In this document: piece after piece, positions 8,412-16,516 of the stretch | Numbering within the stretch: position 1 is the first letter of the stretch | How the letters are laid out: every line of letters begins with the position of its first letter | Translations under genes and position numbers: made by a program | Notes under the pieces: generated by a model | Told to the model about the DNA's origin: nothing | What the model saw: the letters and a program-made list of their open reading frames with translations, nothing else | Database searches by the model: none | NCBI GenBank assembly: GCA_038523235.1 | Contig: JBCBJQ010000123.1 | Coordinates: 1-16,516 of the forward strand | Reading direction: 5' to 3' | DNA length: 16,516 nucleotides | Origin: Cyanobacteria bacterium J06626_4 | Lineage (GTDB): Bacteria; Cyanobacteriota; Cyanobacteriia; Phormidesmidales; Phormidesmidaceae

Positions 8412-9140
8412 TTGAAAATTATTTTAGAGAACGTTCAAAAGACCTATGGCAAGCGCCAAGTTGTTCACCAGGTGAGCCTATCGGTGGCTCAGGGTGAGGT
8501 CGTTGGCCTCTTAGGCCCGAATGGGGCAGGCAAAACCACCACCTTTTATATGGCCACCGGACTCGAGAAGCCGGATGATGGTCGCGTGTATTTAGATCGC
8601 ATCGATATTACGGACTTGCCGATGCATCAGCGGGCTCGTCTGGGCATTGGCTACCTCGCTCAAGAGCCCAGCATCTTCCGCCATTTGTCTGTGCGTGACA
8701 ATTTGCTGTTGGTGATGGAGCAAACCCACGTCTCCCCAGCGGCCTACGACGATCGCCTGTATGACTTGCTCAAGGAATTTCGACTAGAAACCGTAGCTAA
8801 TACCGCTGGCAACCTCGTCTCGGGGGGCGAACGGCGGCGTACCGAACTCGCCCGCGCCCTAGCCGCCGGGGAAGATGGGCCGCGCTTTTTATTCTTAGAT
8901 GAGCCCTTTGCCGGTGTTGACCCGATCGCGGTGAATGAGATTCAAACGATGGTGTCACAGCTGCGAGAGCGCGACATCGGGATTCTCATTACTGACCACA
9001 ACGTCCGTGAAACACTCCAAATCATCGATCGCGCTTATATCATGAGCGAAGGACGCATCTTGGCTTCCGGTACCGCTGACGACCTCTACAGCAATCCCCT
9101 GGTGCGTCAACACTATCTGGGTGAAGACTTTAAAATTTAG
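8412..9140 (+). CDS. lptB: LPS export ABC transporter ATP-binding protein
   Basis: Walker A GPNGAGKTT, YLAQEPSIFR, signature SGGERRRTE, Walker B FLDEPFAGVDP, ILITDHNVRETL. A TTG start at 8412 gives 242 aa, a typical LptB size; the ORF track start is 8370. Confidence 0.95.
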   Translation: MKIILENVQKTYGKRQVVHQVSLSVAQGEVVGLLGPNGAGKTTTFYMATGLEKPDDGRVYLDRIDITDLPMHQRARLGIGYLAQEPSIFRHLSVRDNLLLVMEQTHVSPAAYDDRLYDLLKEFRLETVANTAGNLVSGGERRRTELARALAAGEDGPRFLFLDEPFAGVDPIAVNEIQTMVSQLRERDIGILITDHNVRETLQIIDRAYIMSEGRILASGTADDLYSNPLVRQHYLGEDFKI

Positions 9141-9200
9141 TCTGCCTCGGTCCCCTGGTCCTGCTTTCCCCGTTTTTGCATAAGTTGCGCGACACACGTT

Positions 9201-10385
9201 ATGGATAGTCCTTACCCTCAATCAACGGCACCGGCACCCGCGCAAATGCCGATGAACCGCTTTCGCATTTCTTTGATGGATTGGTACGTGGTGCGTGAGT
9301 TGGCCCTACCGTTTTTGTTTGGCGTGGGAGCCTTCTCGTCGATTGGCGTTTCGATTGGGGCACTATTTGAGCTGATTCGGCAGATCACCGAGTCCGGCCT
9401 ATCGATTTGGCTGGCCATGCGAATTTTTGGCTTGCGACTCCCGGAATTTGTGGTGTTGTCATTTCCCATGTCAACGCTGTTGGCCACCATGATGACCTAC
9501 AGCCGTCTGTCTGCCGATAGTGAACTGGTGGCCCTGCGGGGCTGTGGTGTTAGCGTTCGCCGCATCGTTGCCCCGGCCATCATTCTGAGTTTTTTCGTGA
9601 CGGGCCTGACCTTTGCTTTTAACGAGTTCATTACGCCGACGGCGAACTATCAGGCTTCCGTGGCGTTGGAGCGAGCCCTCAATTCCGAAAGTCCGCCCTT
9701 TCGCGAGCGCAATATCCTCTATCGCGAGTTTCAAGAAGCCGCCGATGATGACGATGCCACTGAGATGTCGCGCCTGTTTTACGCCCGGCGGTTTGACGGT
9801 AATACGATGTATGGCTTGACGGTGTTAGATTTCACCCAAGAGGGGTTGAGTCAGGTGGTGAGTGCTGATGCGGCTACATTCAACCTGCAGACCAACATCT
9901 GGAATTTTTACGACGGCACACTGTACGCCGTTTCACCTGACGGGTCGTTTCGTCACATCGTCAAGTTTGAAACTCAGGAAATTCAGCTGCCCCGAGCCCC
10001 CTTTGACATTGCCAGCCGTACCAAAAGCGACTCAGAAATGAACATTGCGGAAGCGTCGCGTTACCTCAACGACGTGATTCGGCAAACAGGCGATGAAAAA
10101 TCGATTCGCACGTGGCAGATTCGGATTCAGCAAAAGTATGCGTTGCCCTTTGTCTGTGTGGTGTTCGGCCTAGTAGGAGCCGCGTTGGGTGTACGGCCAC
10201 AGCGCACCGGTCGGGCCACCAGCTTCGGCATTAGCGTCATCATCATTTTTGGCTACTATCTATTTGCCTTTATCTCAAATGCCATGGGCGAAGTGGGCGT
10301 ACTGTCGCCGTTTATGTCAGCTTGGCTACCGACGTTTCTCGGGCTGGGCATTGGCGGTTTTCTGCTGCTGCGGGCGTCTAATTGA
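9201..10385 (+). CDS. lptF: LptF/LptG (YjgP/YjgQ) family LPS export permease
   Basis: MDWYVVRELALPFLFG, YSRLSADSELVALRGCGVS, QKYALPFVCVVFGLVGAALG, SPFMSAWLP; three TM helices, a periplasmic domain, then three TM helices; follows lptB. F versus G cannot be distinguished. Confidence 0.92.
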   Translation: MDSPYPQSTAPAPAQMPMNRFRISLMDWYVVRELALPFLFGVGAFSSIGVSIGALFELIRQITESGLSIWLAMRIFGLRLPEFVVLSFPMSTLLATMMTYSRLSADSELVALRGCGVSVRRIVAPAIILSFFVTGLTFAFNEFITPTANYQASVALERALNSESPPFRERNILYREFQEAADDDDATEMSRLFYARRFDGNTMYGLTVLDFTQEGLSQVVSADAATFNLQTNIWNFYDGTLYAVSPDGSFRHIVKFETQEIQLPRAPFDIASRTKSDSEMNIAEASRYLNDVIRQTGDEKSIRTWQIRIQQKYALPFVCVVFGLVGAALGVRPQRTGRATSFGISVIIIFGYYLFAFISNAMGEVGVLSPFMSAWLPTFLGLGIGGFLLLRASN

Positions 10386-10613
10386 CGGCACGCCAAAAGT
10401 GTAGATGGCTTGTTTGCCATGTCTTGATGCCGCTGCCACGGGCTAGCGCATGCCAGCTTGAGCACTTGACTTTAGCCGTAGGCTGGAGGCCATCTCCCTT
10501 ATATTGCAAGAAGGTCGAAAGGTTCAGAGTTCAAGGTGTAGGAAAGGGCCTTGCCGCAAGTGATCCGGCGATTAAAAGTGGCCAAACCTGACTGCGACTC
10601 GCTACATAACCGA

Positions 10614-10656
10614 AGACCCTCTAGAACAATGCAGCATTGGCCGTTCTAGAGGGTCT
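10614..10656. terminator. Stem-loop between convergent genes; probable terminator
   Basis: AGACCCTCTAGAAC (10614-10627) and GTTCTAGAGGGTCT (10643-10656) form a perfect 14-bp inverted repeat with an inner CAATGC-A-GCATTG hairpin. Confidence 0.6.
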
Positions 10657-10719
10657 CAAGGATTAAGGCTTCACTTCTGTGTGAGATCGCATCACCCTGC
10701 GCGATCGCCGACCGGATAG

Positions 10720-11256
10720 TTAGTCCAGCGGAATGTAGCTGGGCTCAATATCAAGGGGCTTATAGCCAGCTGCAATGCAGGTCGTCAAAGAATCTTCAGT
10801 AGTGTAGTCAACTTCGTTCGCAATACCCACAACGCAGGCTGCATAGCGCTCGGGCAAAATGGTGCGATGGCAATGCTCTAGCACCATCTCGGAGTCGTTC
10901 ACCACGAGGTCAGCGTGAATGTTCGAGACACAGGTCGCGACTTCGTCGGGGCGGCGATCGCGGCTGCAGGCGACGAGGGCTGATTCCGGTAGGACGGCTG
11001 AGGCATTTAGTACGCCCGAGACACAGCTAGAGATCTCGGTCGGTCGATAGGACATGGCGCAGGCCGCCGCCGCCGCATCAGGCGCAATGCCAGCATCTAA
11101 CAGCTCGCTGGCGCAATTGTCGTAATCAAAATCGGTGGCTTGTGCCTGAGCGGGACTCGTCATCAGGGAGAAAGCGCTCGTGGCGATTAGGCCAATCGTC
11201 GCCAACGGCATCACTGGATACTGGAAAAGTGCGAGCGAGCGAGAAAAATAGTTCAT
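10720..11256 (-). CDS. Hypothetical exported protein with Cys-paired helical repeats
   Basis: Hydrophobic N-terminus ending PAQA-QA; 8 Cys, including three C-x5-P-x5-C-V repeats; acidic and Ala-rich; divergent from dxs. Confidence 0.85.
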   Translation of the reverse strand: MNYFSRSLALFQYPVMPLATIGLIATSAFSLMTSPAQAQATDFDYDNCASELLDAGIAPDAAAAACAMSYRPTEISSCVSGVLNASAVLPESALVACSRDRRPDEVATCVSNIHADLVVNDSEMVLEHCHRTILPERYAACVVGIANEVDYTTEDSLTTCIAAGYKPLDIEPSYIPLD

Positions 11257-11303
11257 GACAGAAGATTAACGGTTATGTCGGTTGATTAACGCTGAACCAT
11301 GCC

Positions 11304-11334
11304 TTGACAAGAAAAATTAAGGCTAATTTACGAT
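11304..11334 (+). promoter_or_regulatory. Possible sigma70-type promoter for dxs
   Basis: Perfect TTGACA at 11304-11309 and TACGAT at 11329-11334. The 19-bp spacer is longer than ideal; an alternative -10 TACAGT lies at 11423-11428. Confidence 0.25.
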
Positions 11335-11477
11335 TGTTCTGAGGTCTTCTCTGTGCAACCTCCCTTACGATATTCCACCATGATCCGACTTTTTTGAAAT
11401 GGGAGCAGTGGGACTAATCTTTTACAGTAAGAAGACAGCTTCAACGTTACCTAATTAAACCTGAGGGTATCTCAACT

Positions 11478-13394
11478 ATGCATTTGAGTGACGTAACTCA
11501 CCCGAACCAGCTTCACGGTTTGTCGATTCATCAACTTGAGCAGATTGCTCGCCAAATCAGAGAGAAGCATCTGGAAACCGTCGCCGCCAGCGGAGGCCAT
11601 TTAGGGCCTGGTTTGGGTGTTGTAGAACTGACCTTGGCCCTGTATCAAACCCTCGACCTTGATCGCGACAAAGTCGTTTGGGATGTCGGTCACCAAGCTT
11701 ATCCCCACAAGCTCATCACCGGTCGTTATCACGACTTTCACACTCTACGGCAAAAAGATGGCGTCGCCGGATATCTTAAGCGATCGGAAAATAAATTTGA
11801 TCACTTTGGCGCCGGGCATGCATCCACCAGCATCTCCGCCGCGCTGGGCATGGCCTTAGCCCGCGATCTGCAGGGGGATGATTACAAAGTCGCCGCGATT
11901 ATTGGCGATGGGGCCTTAACTGGCGGTATGGCCCTGGAAGCCATTAACCATGCGGGGCACCTGCCCAGCACGCGCTTACTCGTGGTGCTCAACGACAACG
12001 AAATGTCGATTTCGCCCAATGTGGGAGCGATTCCGCGCTATCTCAACAAGATGCGACTGAGCCCCCCGATGCAGTTCCTCACCGACAACTTAGAGGAGCA
12101 GTTCAAACATCTGCCGTTTGTCGGCGACTCCCTGACGCCCGAGCTGAGTCGGGTCAAAGAGGGTATGAAGCGCCTAGCCGTGCCTAAGGTCGGTGCCGTG
12201 TTTGAAGAACTGGGCTTTACCTACATGGGGCCAGTGGATGGCCACAACCTGGCCGAACTGATGAATACCTTTACCGAGGCGCACAAAATCGAGGGACCGG
12301 TGCTGGTGCATGTGGCCACGACGAAGGGTAAGGGCTACGCGATCGCGGAGAACGATCAGGTCGGTTACCATGCCCAAAACCCTTTTGATCTAGCGACGGG
12401 CAAGGCCAAGCCGTCAACCACACCCAAACCGCCCAAATACGCCAAAGTCTTTGGCCATACGCTAAGTAAAATCGCTGAGCAAAATCCCAAGGTCGTCGGC
12501 ATTACTGCCGCCATGTCGACCGGTACGGGGCTCGACATTTTGTGTAAAAAGGTACCGCAGCAATACATTGATGTGGGCATTGCTGAGCAGCATGCAGTTA
12601 CGCTAGCGGCGGGTTTAGCAACTCAGGGGATGCGGCCCGTGGCAGCCATCTATTCCACCTTTTTGCAGCGCGCGTTCGACCAAATCGTGCACGACGTCTG
12701 CATTCAAAAGCTGCCGGTCTTTTTCTGCCTAGACCGGGCCGGCATCGTCGGCGCTGATGGCCCCACCCACCAAGGCATGTACGACATTGCTTACCTGCGA
12801 TCGATTCCCCATATGGTGCTGATGGCTCCGAAGGATGAAGCTGAACTGCAGCGCATGATCGTCACCGGCATCAACTACACAGACGGCCCCATTGCCATGC
12901 GCTATCCCCGTGGCAACGGGGTCGGCGTGCCGCTGATGGAAGAAGGGTGGGAAACTTTGCCCATTGGGAAGGCTGAGGTGCTACGTCAGGGCGACGACCT
13001 GCTGATCTTGGGCTACGGCTCGATGGTATATCCTGCCCTGCAAACGGCGGAAATCTTGAGTGAGCACGGCATTCAAGCCACCGTGGTGAATGCGCGCTTC
13101 GCCAAACCGATTGACGAAGAAATCATCTTGCCGCTGGCGAAGCAGATTGGCCGAGTGGTGACGATGGAAGAGGGCTGCATCATGGGCGGCTTTGGCAGCG
13201 GCGTGGCTGAAGCGCTGATGGAGGCCCAGGTATCAGCGCAAGTGGTACGTCTGGGCGTGCCCGATGTGCTGGTTGACCATGCCACCGCTGATCAAGCGAA
13301 GGCGGCGATCGGACTCACGCCGGCACAGATGGCCACCACGATTCTCAGTCGCTGCCAGTTCGAAGAGCAGATGGCGACCCTGCACCAGCAGTAG
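11478..13394 (+). CDS. dxs: 1-deoxy-D-xylulose-5-phosphate synthase
   Basis: [28 protein letters not shown] motif [16 protein letters not shown]...[39 protein letters not shown]; 638 aa. Confidence 0.98.
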   Translation: MHLSDVTHPNQLHGLSIHQLEQIARQIREKHLETVAASGGHLGPGLGVVELTLALYQTLDLDRDKVVWDVGHQAYPHKLITGRYHDFHTLRQKDGVAGYLKRSENKFDHFGAGHASTSISAALGMALARDLQGDDYKVAAIIGDGALTGGMALEAINHAGHLPSTRLLVVLNDNEMSISPNVGAIPRYLNKMRLSPPMQFLTDNLEEQFKHLPFVGDSLTPELSRVKEGMKRLAVPKVGAVFEELGFTYMGPVDGHNLAELMNTFTEAHKIEGPVLVHVATTKGKGYAIAENDQVGYHAQNPFDLATGKAKPSTTPKPPKYAKVFGHTLSKIAEQNPKVVGITAAMSTGTGLDILCKKVPQQYIDVGIAEQHAVTLAAGLATQGMRPVAAIYSTFLQRAFDQIVHDVCIQKLPVFFCLDRAGIVGADGPTHQGMYDIAYLRSIPHMVLMAPKDEAELQRMIVTGINYTDGPIAMRYPRGNGVGVPLMEEGWETLPIGKAEVLRQGDDLLILGYGSMVYPALQTAEILSEHGIQATVVNARFAKPIDEEIILPLAKQIGRVVTMEEGCIMGGFGSGVAEALMEAQVSAQVVRLGVPDVLVDHATADQAKAAIGLTPAQMATTILSRCQFEEQMATLHQQ

Positions 13395-13395
13395 G

Positions 13396-13445
13396 CCTCA
13401 AGGCAAACATTCCCGGCCTTCTCCCCTGGTCTTATTGGCTTGAGG
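13396..13445 (+). terminator. Imperfect stem-loop directly after dxs
   Basis: CCTCAAGGCAA (13396-13406) pairs with TTGGCTTGAGG (13435-13445) with one mismatch. There is no U-tract. Confidence 0.3.
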
Positions 13446-13790
13446 GAGGCGGTTGGGCTCGTGTCATGGCGCTGGCGATCGCAATGATCGTCAGCGCTTA
13501 AATTCAAAGGCTGGGTTTTGGCGCGATCGCTTTCCCGACAGCCATCACTCTCAATCTGAGTGTGGCAAACCGCAGTCAGGTCAAGATACTTCGGAATGCG
13601 GAAGTCAAATCTTGGCGGGATGCGGTATTCTGCATCCCGCTGTAGGACAGTGGCTGATGCAATTAATCGGGCGATCGCAACATGTCCTCACAAAAATCTA
13701 AGGGCAATATTAAATTCCAGTTGAATCGGTAGCGTCCGTTCAAAGCTGGAGAGTGCGGGCAGCACTCCGGTATAGAGGTGAGTAATCAAC

Positions 13791-15299
13791 ATGACAGCCG
13801 CTTACATCATGGCCCTCGATTTGGGCACCACGGGTAATCGCGCCATTCTGTTTGACCGAGACGGGCAAATTGTGGCTCAGTGCTATAAAGAACTGACGCA
13901 GTATTATCCCGAACCGGGCTGGTTAGAGCATGACCCGAGAGAAATCTGGGATGACATTCAATGGGCGGCCAAAGGGGTTTTAGAAAAAAGTCAGGTAGCC
14001 GCCCAAGACATCGCCGCGATCGGCCTTACGGTGCAGCGAGAAACCTGTCTGCTGTGGGACAAAGAAACCGGACGCCCCCATCACAACGCGATCGTCTGGC
14101 AAGACCGGCGCACGGCCCCGCTATGTAACGACCTGCGCGCCCAGGGCAAAGCCGATGAGATTTACGATCGCACCGGTCTTGTATTAGATGCCTATTTTTC
14201 GGCGACTAAACTGGCCTGGCTGCTAGAGCGCACCCACAAATATACCGATCCGCCCCTATCGCTCGAAAGCACGCTGGCGGGCACCATCGATGCTTGGGTG
14301 TTGTGGAACATGACCGGCGGCCAGGTGCATGCGACCGATCACAGTAACGCCAGCCGCACTATGCTGCTCAACCTGCAGGAGCATGATTGGGATCCGGCGT
14401 TGCTAAAAATGTTTGATATTCCGCCGCACATTATGCCCACGGTGCAGCCCAGCTTGGGGCTGTTTGGCTATACGGCTCCCAGCTTTTTAGGAGCTGAGAT
14501 TCCCATCACGGCAGTGCTGGGCGACCAACAGGCGGCCCTCTTTGGCCACGGCTGCGATAGTCCCGGAGCGCTGAAATGCACCTACGGCACGGGCGCGTTT
14601 TTGGTGGCTCATACCGGTGAGCAAATTGTGCGCACCAATCATGAATTGCTGTCAACGATCGCCTGGTCTACCGCTAACGGCGACCAGGCCCAGTTTGGCT
14701 ACGCTGTTGAAGGCGCGATGTTTACCGCCGGAGCCTGTATTCAATGGCTGCGAGACGGCATTCGGGTGATTAGTCATGCAGCTGATACCGAAGCCCTGGC
14801 TAAACGTATCGGCACCAATGGCGGCGTGTATTTTGTCCCGGCGCTGAGCGGCTTGGGAGCCCCCCATTGGGACATGAATGCGCGGGGCTCGTTTATGGGC
14901 ATCACCGCCGCCGTCAAGCGGGAACACATGGTGCGAGCTGTGTTGGAAGCGATCGCCTATGAAGTCAAAGAAGTCGTTGATGCCGTGAACGCCGGTAGCA
15001 CCATTCCCATCCAACGGCTCAAGGTTGATGGCGGCGCGTGCCAAAACGATTTTCTGATGCAGTTTCAAGCTGACGTATTGGGGATTGCCATTGAACGTCC
15101 GCAGATTTTAGACACCACCGCGCAAGGAGCCGCCTTTGCCGCTGGCCTCGCGAGTGGATTTTGGCAAGACTACCGTAACCTCATCGACAGCCGCAGCATT
15201 GATCAAGTGTTTGAGCCGGGCCAAGGCGCATCCTCAGCGCAAGACAACTATGCCCTCTGGCAAAAGGCGGTGGAGCGCTCTAAACGGTGGAGCGAATAA
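13791..15299 (+). CDS. glpK: Glycerol kinase
   Basis: ALDLGTTGNRA, QRET..WD, AIVWQDRRT, YFSATK, TDHSNASRT, GDQQAALFG, KCTYGTGAF, GVYFVPALSGLGAPHWD, LKVDGGA..NDFLMQFQAD; SD AGAGGTG upstream. Confidence 0.97.
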   Translation: MTAAYIMALDLGTTGNRAILFDRDGQIVAQCYKELTQYYPEPGWLEHDPREIWDDIQWAAKGVLEKSQVAAQDIAAIGLTVQRETCLLWDKETGRPHHNAIVWQDRRTAPLCNDLRAQGKADEIYDRTGLVLDAYFSATKLAWLLERTHKYTDPPLSLESTLAGTIDAWVLWNMTGGQVHATDHSNASRTMLLNLQEHDWDPALLKMFDIPPHIMPTVQPSLGLFGYTAPSFLGAEIPITAVLGDQQAALFGHGCDSPGALKCTYGTGAFLVAHTGEQIVRTNHELLSTIAWSTANGDQAQFGYAVEGAMFTAGACIQWLRDGIRVISHAADTEALAKRIGTNGGVYFVPALSGLGAPHWDMNARGSFMGITAAVKREHMVRAVLEAIAYEVKEVVDAVNAGSTIPIQRLKVDGGACQNDFLMQFQADVLGIAIERPQILDTTAQGAAFAAGLASGFWQDYRNLIDSRSIDQVFEPGQGASSAQDNYALWQKAVERSKRWSE

Positions 15300-15525
15300 G
15301 CTTTAAAGCTAGGCGTCGCAATTCGCGATGTGGGGGGGGCGGCAAATAACTGGACTGCGGGACATCACTGCGTCTATACCCTCAGCAGTTTTCATCATTG
15401 GAAGTAGTCGGTCAACATCGCAGTCGGTCCGCATCATAAGCATTACTCCATAAATTCAGATCCCGCAGGATGAGGAGCCGCGCACCAGATATAGCCATCT
15501 TGACTCGATGTTAGAAAGTGGGCTA

Positions 15526-15640
15526 ATACCAATTCGCTAAATTCGGACTACATACCAAAAAAGTGTGTAGCCCCCTTCGACAAGGGGGCAGCGACAGCGG
15601 GGGATCCCCGATCTGTAGCGCTACTGTGCAGAATTGGTAT
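15526..15640. mobile_element. MITE-like cyanobacterial small dispersed repeat (non-autonomous)
   Basis: Perfect 10-bp terminal inverted repeats ATACCAATTC (15526-15535) and GAATTGGTAT (15631-15640). Internal hairpins CTACATAC/GTGTGTAG, CCCCCTT-CGAC-AAGGGGG and GGGGATCCCC. No ORF inside. Confidence 0.7.
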
Positions 15641-15713
15641 AACTGGTCGAGCTAACTTTCAGGAAGGGGGATGGCTGGATAGGAGCACACGACCTCTGGT
15701 TTGTACTGACAGC

Positions 15714-15992
15714 TTAATCAGGTAAAGGCAAAACTGTTTTGATATCAAATTCTTGAGGGCAGTGCATATCAACCCACACTCGATATTGAGAACTCCCTGG
15801 TGTCAGTAGCGTTGGATAGTTCTCACATAGCTGGTAAGCGAAATCGATCGCGCCCTGCTTATCAACTGCCAGAAAAACACCCGCTAGTTTCATGAAGCGA
15901 TTCTTGTGAAGAACCGCTTCATGAATTGCATGATTTTCATAGAAATTGAAGATATTAACTTGTGATTCCGGCATGATATCAGGTAATGCCAT
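15714..15992 (-). CDS. Small hypothetical protein (92 aa), recalled as an uncharacterised cyanobacterial family
   Basis: Protein-like alpha/beta pattern LP.I.PE..V..FNFY...I.EA......L...F......A..FA..L......LLT.....YRVWV, matching my recollection of multi-copy small proteins of filamentous cyanobacteria (not verified); AT-rich upstream region. Confidence 0.75.
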   Translation of the reverse strand: MALPDIMPESQVNIFNFYENHAIHEAVLHKNRFMKLAGVFLAVDKQGAIDFAYQLCENYPTLLTPGSSQYRVWVDMHCPQEFDIKTVLPLPD

Positions 15993-16516
15993 TGATCGAG
16001 ATGAGATGGATTTTCAGGAATTTGAGAATGACTCGCACAGTGAACAAACGCTCATTTGAAGTCCAATACCGGGAAGGCCGATCTAGAAACTAGAGTGCAT
16101 CACTAGCATTCGCAAGCATTTCGCCACGTCTAGAAAAAAATATCGGGAAAGCTTAGCGTTCCCATTTTTTGAGAGGTTTGATCTCAGTTCAGAACAGTCG
16201 ATTACGAAGATTTAAAAATCCAGATTCCGTGACAATCAGAATCGAAAATTTTTCATCTAGAAGCTACCTGATTTTTTTGAGTTGATCGATGCAGTTTACC
16301 TTCAATGCCTAACCAATTATTAAGTATTAAGTTATGGATAAATTAGGATTCAACTCGCTGAGGCAAACGCTGAGTAAACCCGTACAGGCACCTATGTTCT
16401 TGTAAAAACAAGGTGTGGACATCTGCAGAAGGTATTACTCATTGGTAAGAACTTAAGCAGGTAGGGTTGATGTCAAGTCTGATTTGAGGTTGATGTCATG
16501 CCTCGTTCTTCAAATA

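Larger units (their letters stand above)
2566..14956. repeat. Dispersed HIP1 palindromes GCGATCGC
   Basis: Perfect copies start at 2566, 2706, 3583, 5732, 5776, 6295, 10701, 10954, 12339, 13475, 13523, 13671 and 14949 (manual count). Less than one copy is expected by chance. Confidence 0.9.

Noticed and set aside
10382..10591. 69-aa ORF after lptF/G
   Set aside because: TTG start, no SD, not protein-like, and it runs through repeat-like intergenic sequence.
13453..13701. 82-aa ORF in the dxs-glpK spacer, and GGCAAAC at 13564 as a possible c-di-GMP-I riboswitch start
   Set aside because: The ORF is not protein-like, and the GAAA tetraloop and ACGCAAA elements of the c-di-GMP-I aptamer are absent.
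1297..15068. Numerous short antisense or alternate-frame ORFs inside the kinases, glmM, lptA/B/F, dxs and glpK
   Set aside because: They are shadow ORFs overlapping well-supported genes and show no motifs.
15310..15444. About 44-codon minus-strand ORF crossing a G8 run (15332-15339), as a possible phase-variable small gene
   Set aside because: It is short with no protein features, and there is no evidence that the homopolymer lies in a gene or promoter.
1..16516. CRISPR array, tRNA, rRNA, transposase, integrase or defence system
   Set aside because: No repeat-spacer periodicity, cloverleaf or rRNA signature, or nuclease/recombinase motif was seen.

Overview
Cyanobacterial chromosomal DNA, judged from at least 13 perfect HIP1 GCGATCGC octamers and the gene content; a filamentous Leptolyngbya/Nodosilinea-like organism is a guess. 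The left part is an accessory signalling locus. A ~0.9 kb hairpin-rich non-coding region precedes a membrane hybrid histidine kinase with a periplasmic PhnD/TtrS-type binding domain. A 462-bp segment then joins it by 4-bp ATGA overlaps at both ends to a sensor-less REC-HisKA-HATPase kinase. That segment is either a coupled small gene or a frameshifted relic of a sensor gene. The middle is housekeeping and envelope genes: glmM (-), a DUF309 protein, lptA-lptB-lptF/G, an exported Cys-repeat protein (-), dxs and glpK. The right end holds a ~115-bp MITE-like repeat, a 92-aa hypothetical protein (-) and an AT-rich region with direct repeats. No rRNA, tRNA, CRISPR array or transposase was seen. All family assignments come from motif recognition by eye; no database search was run.
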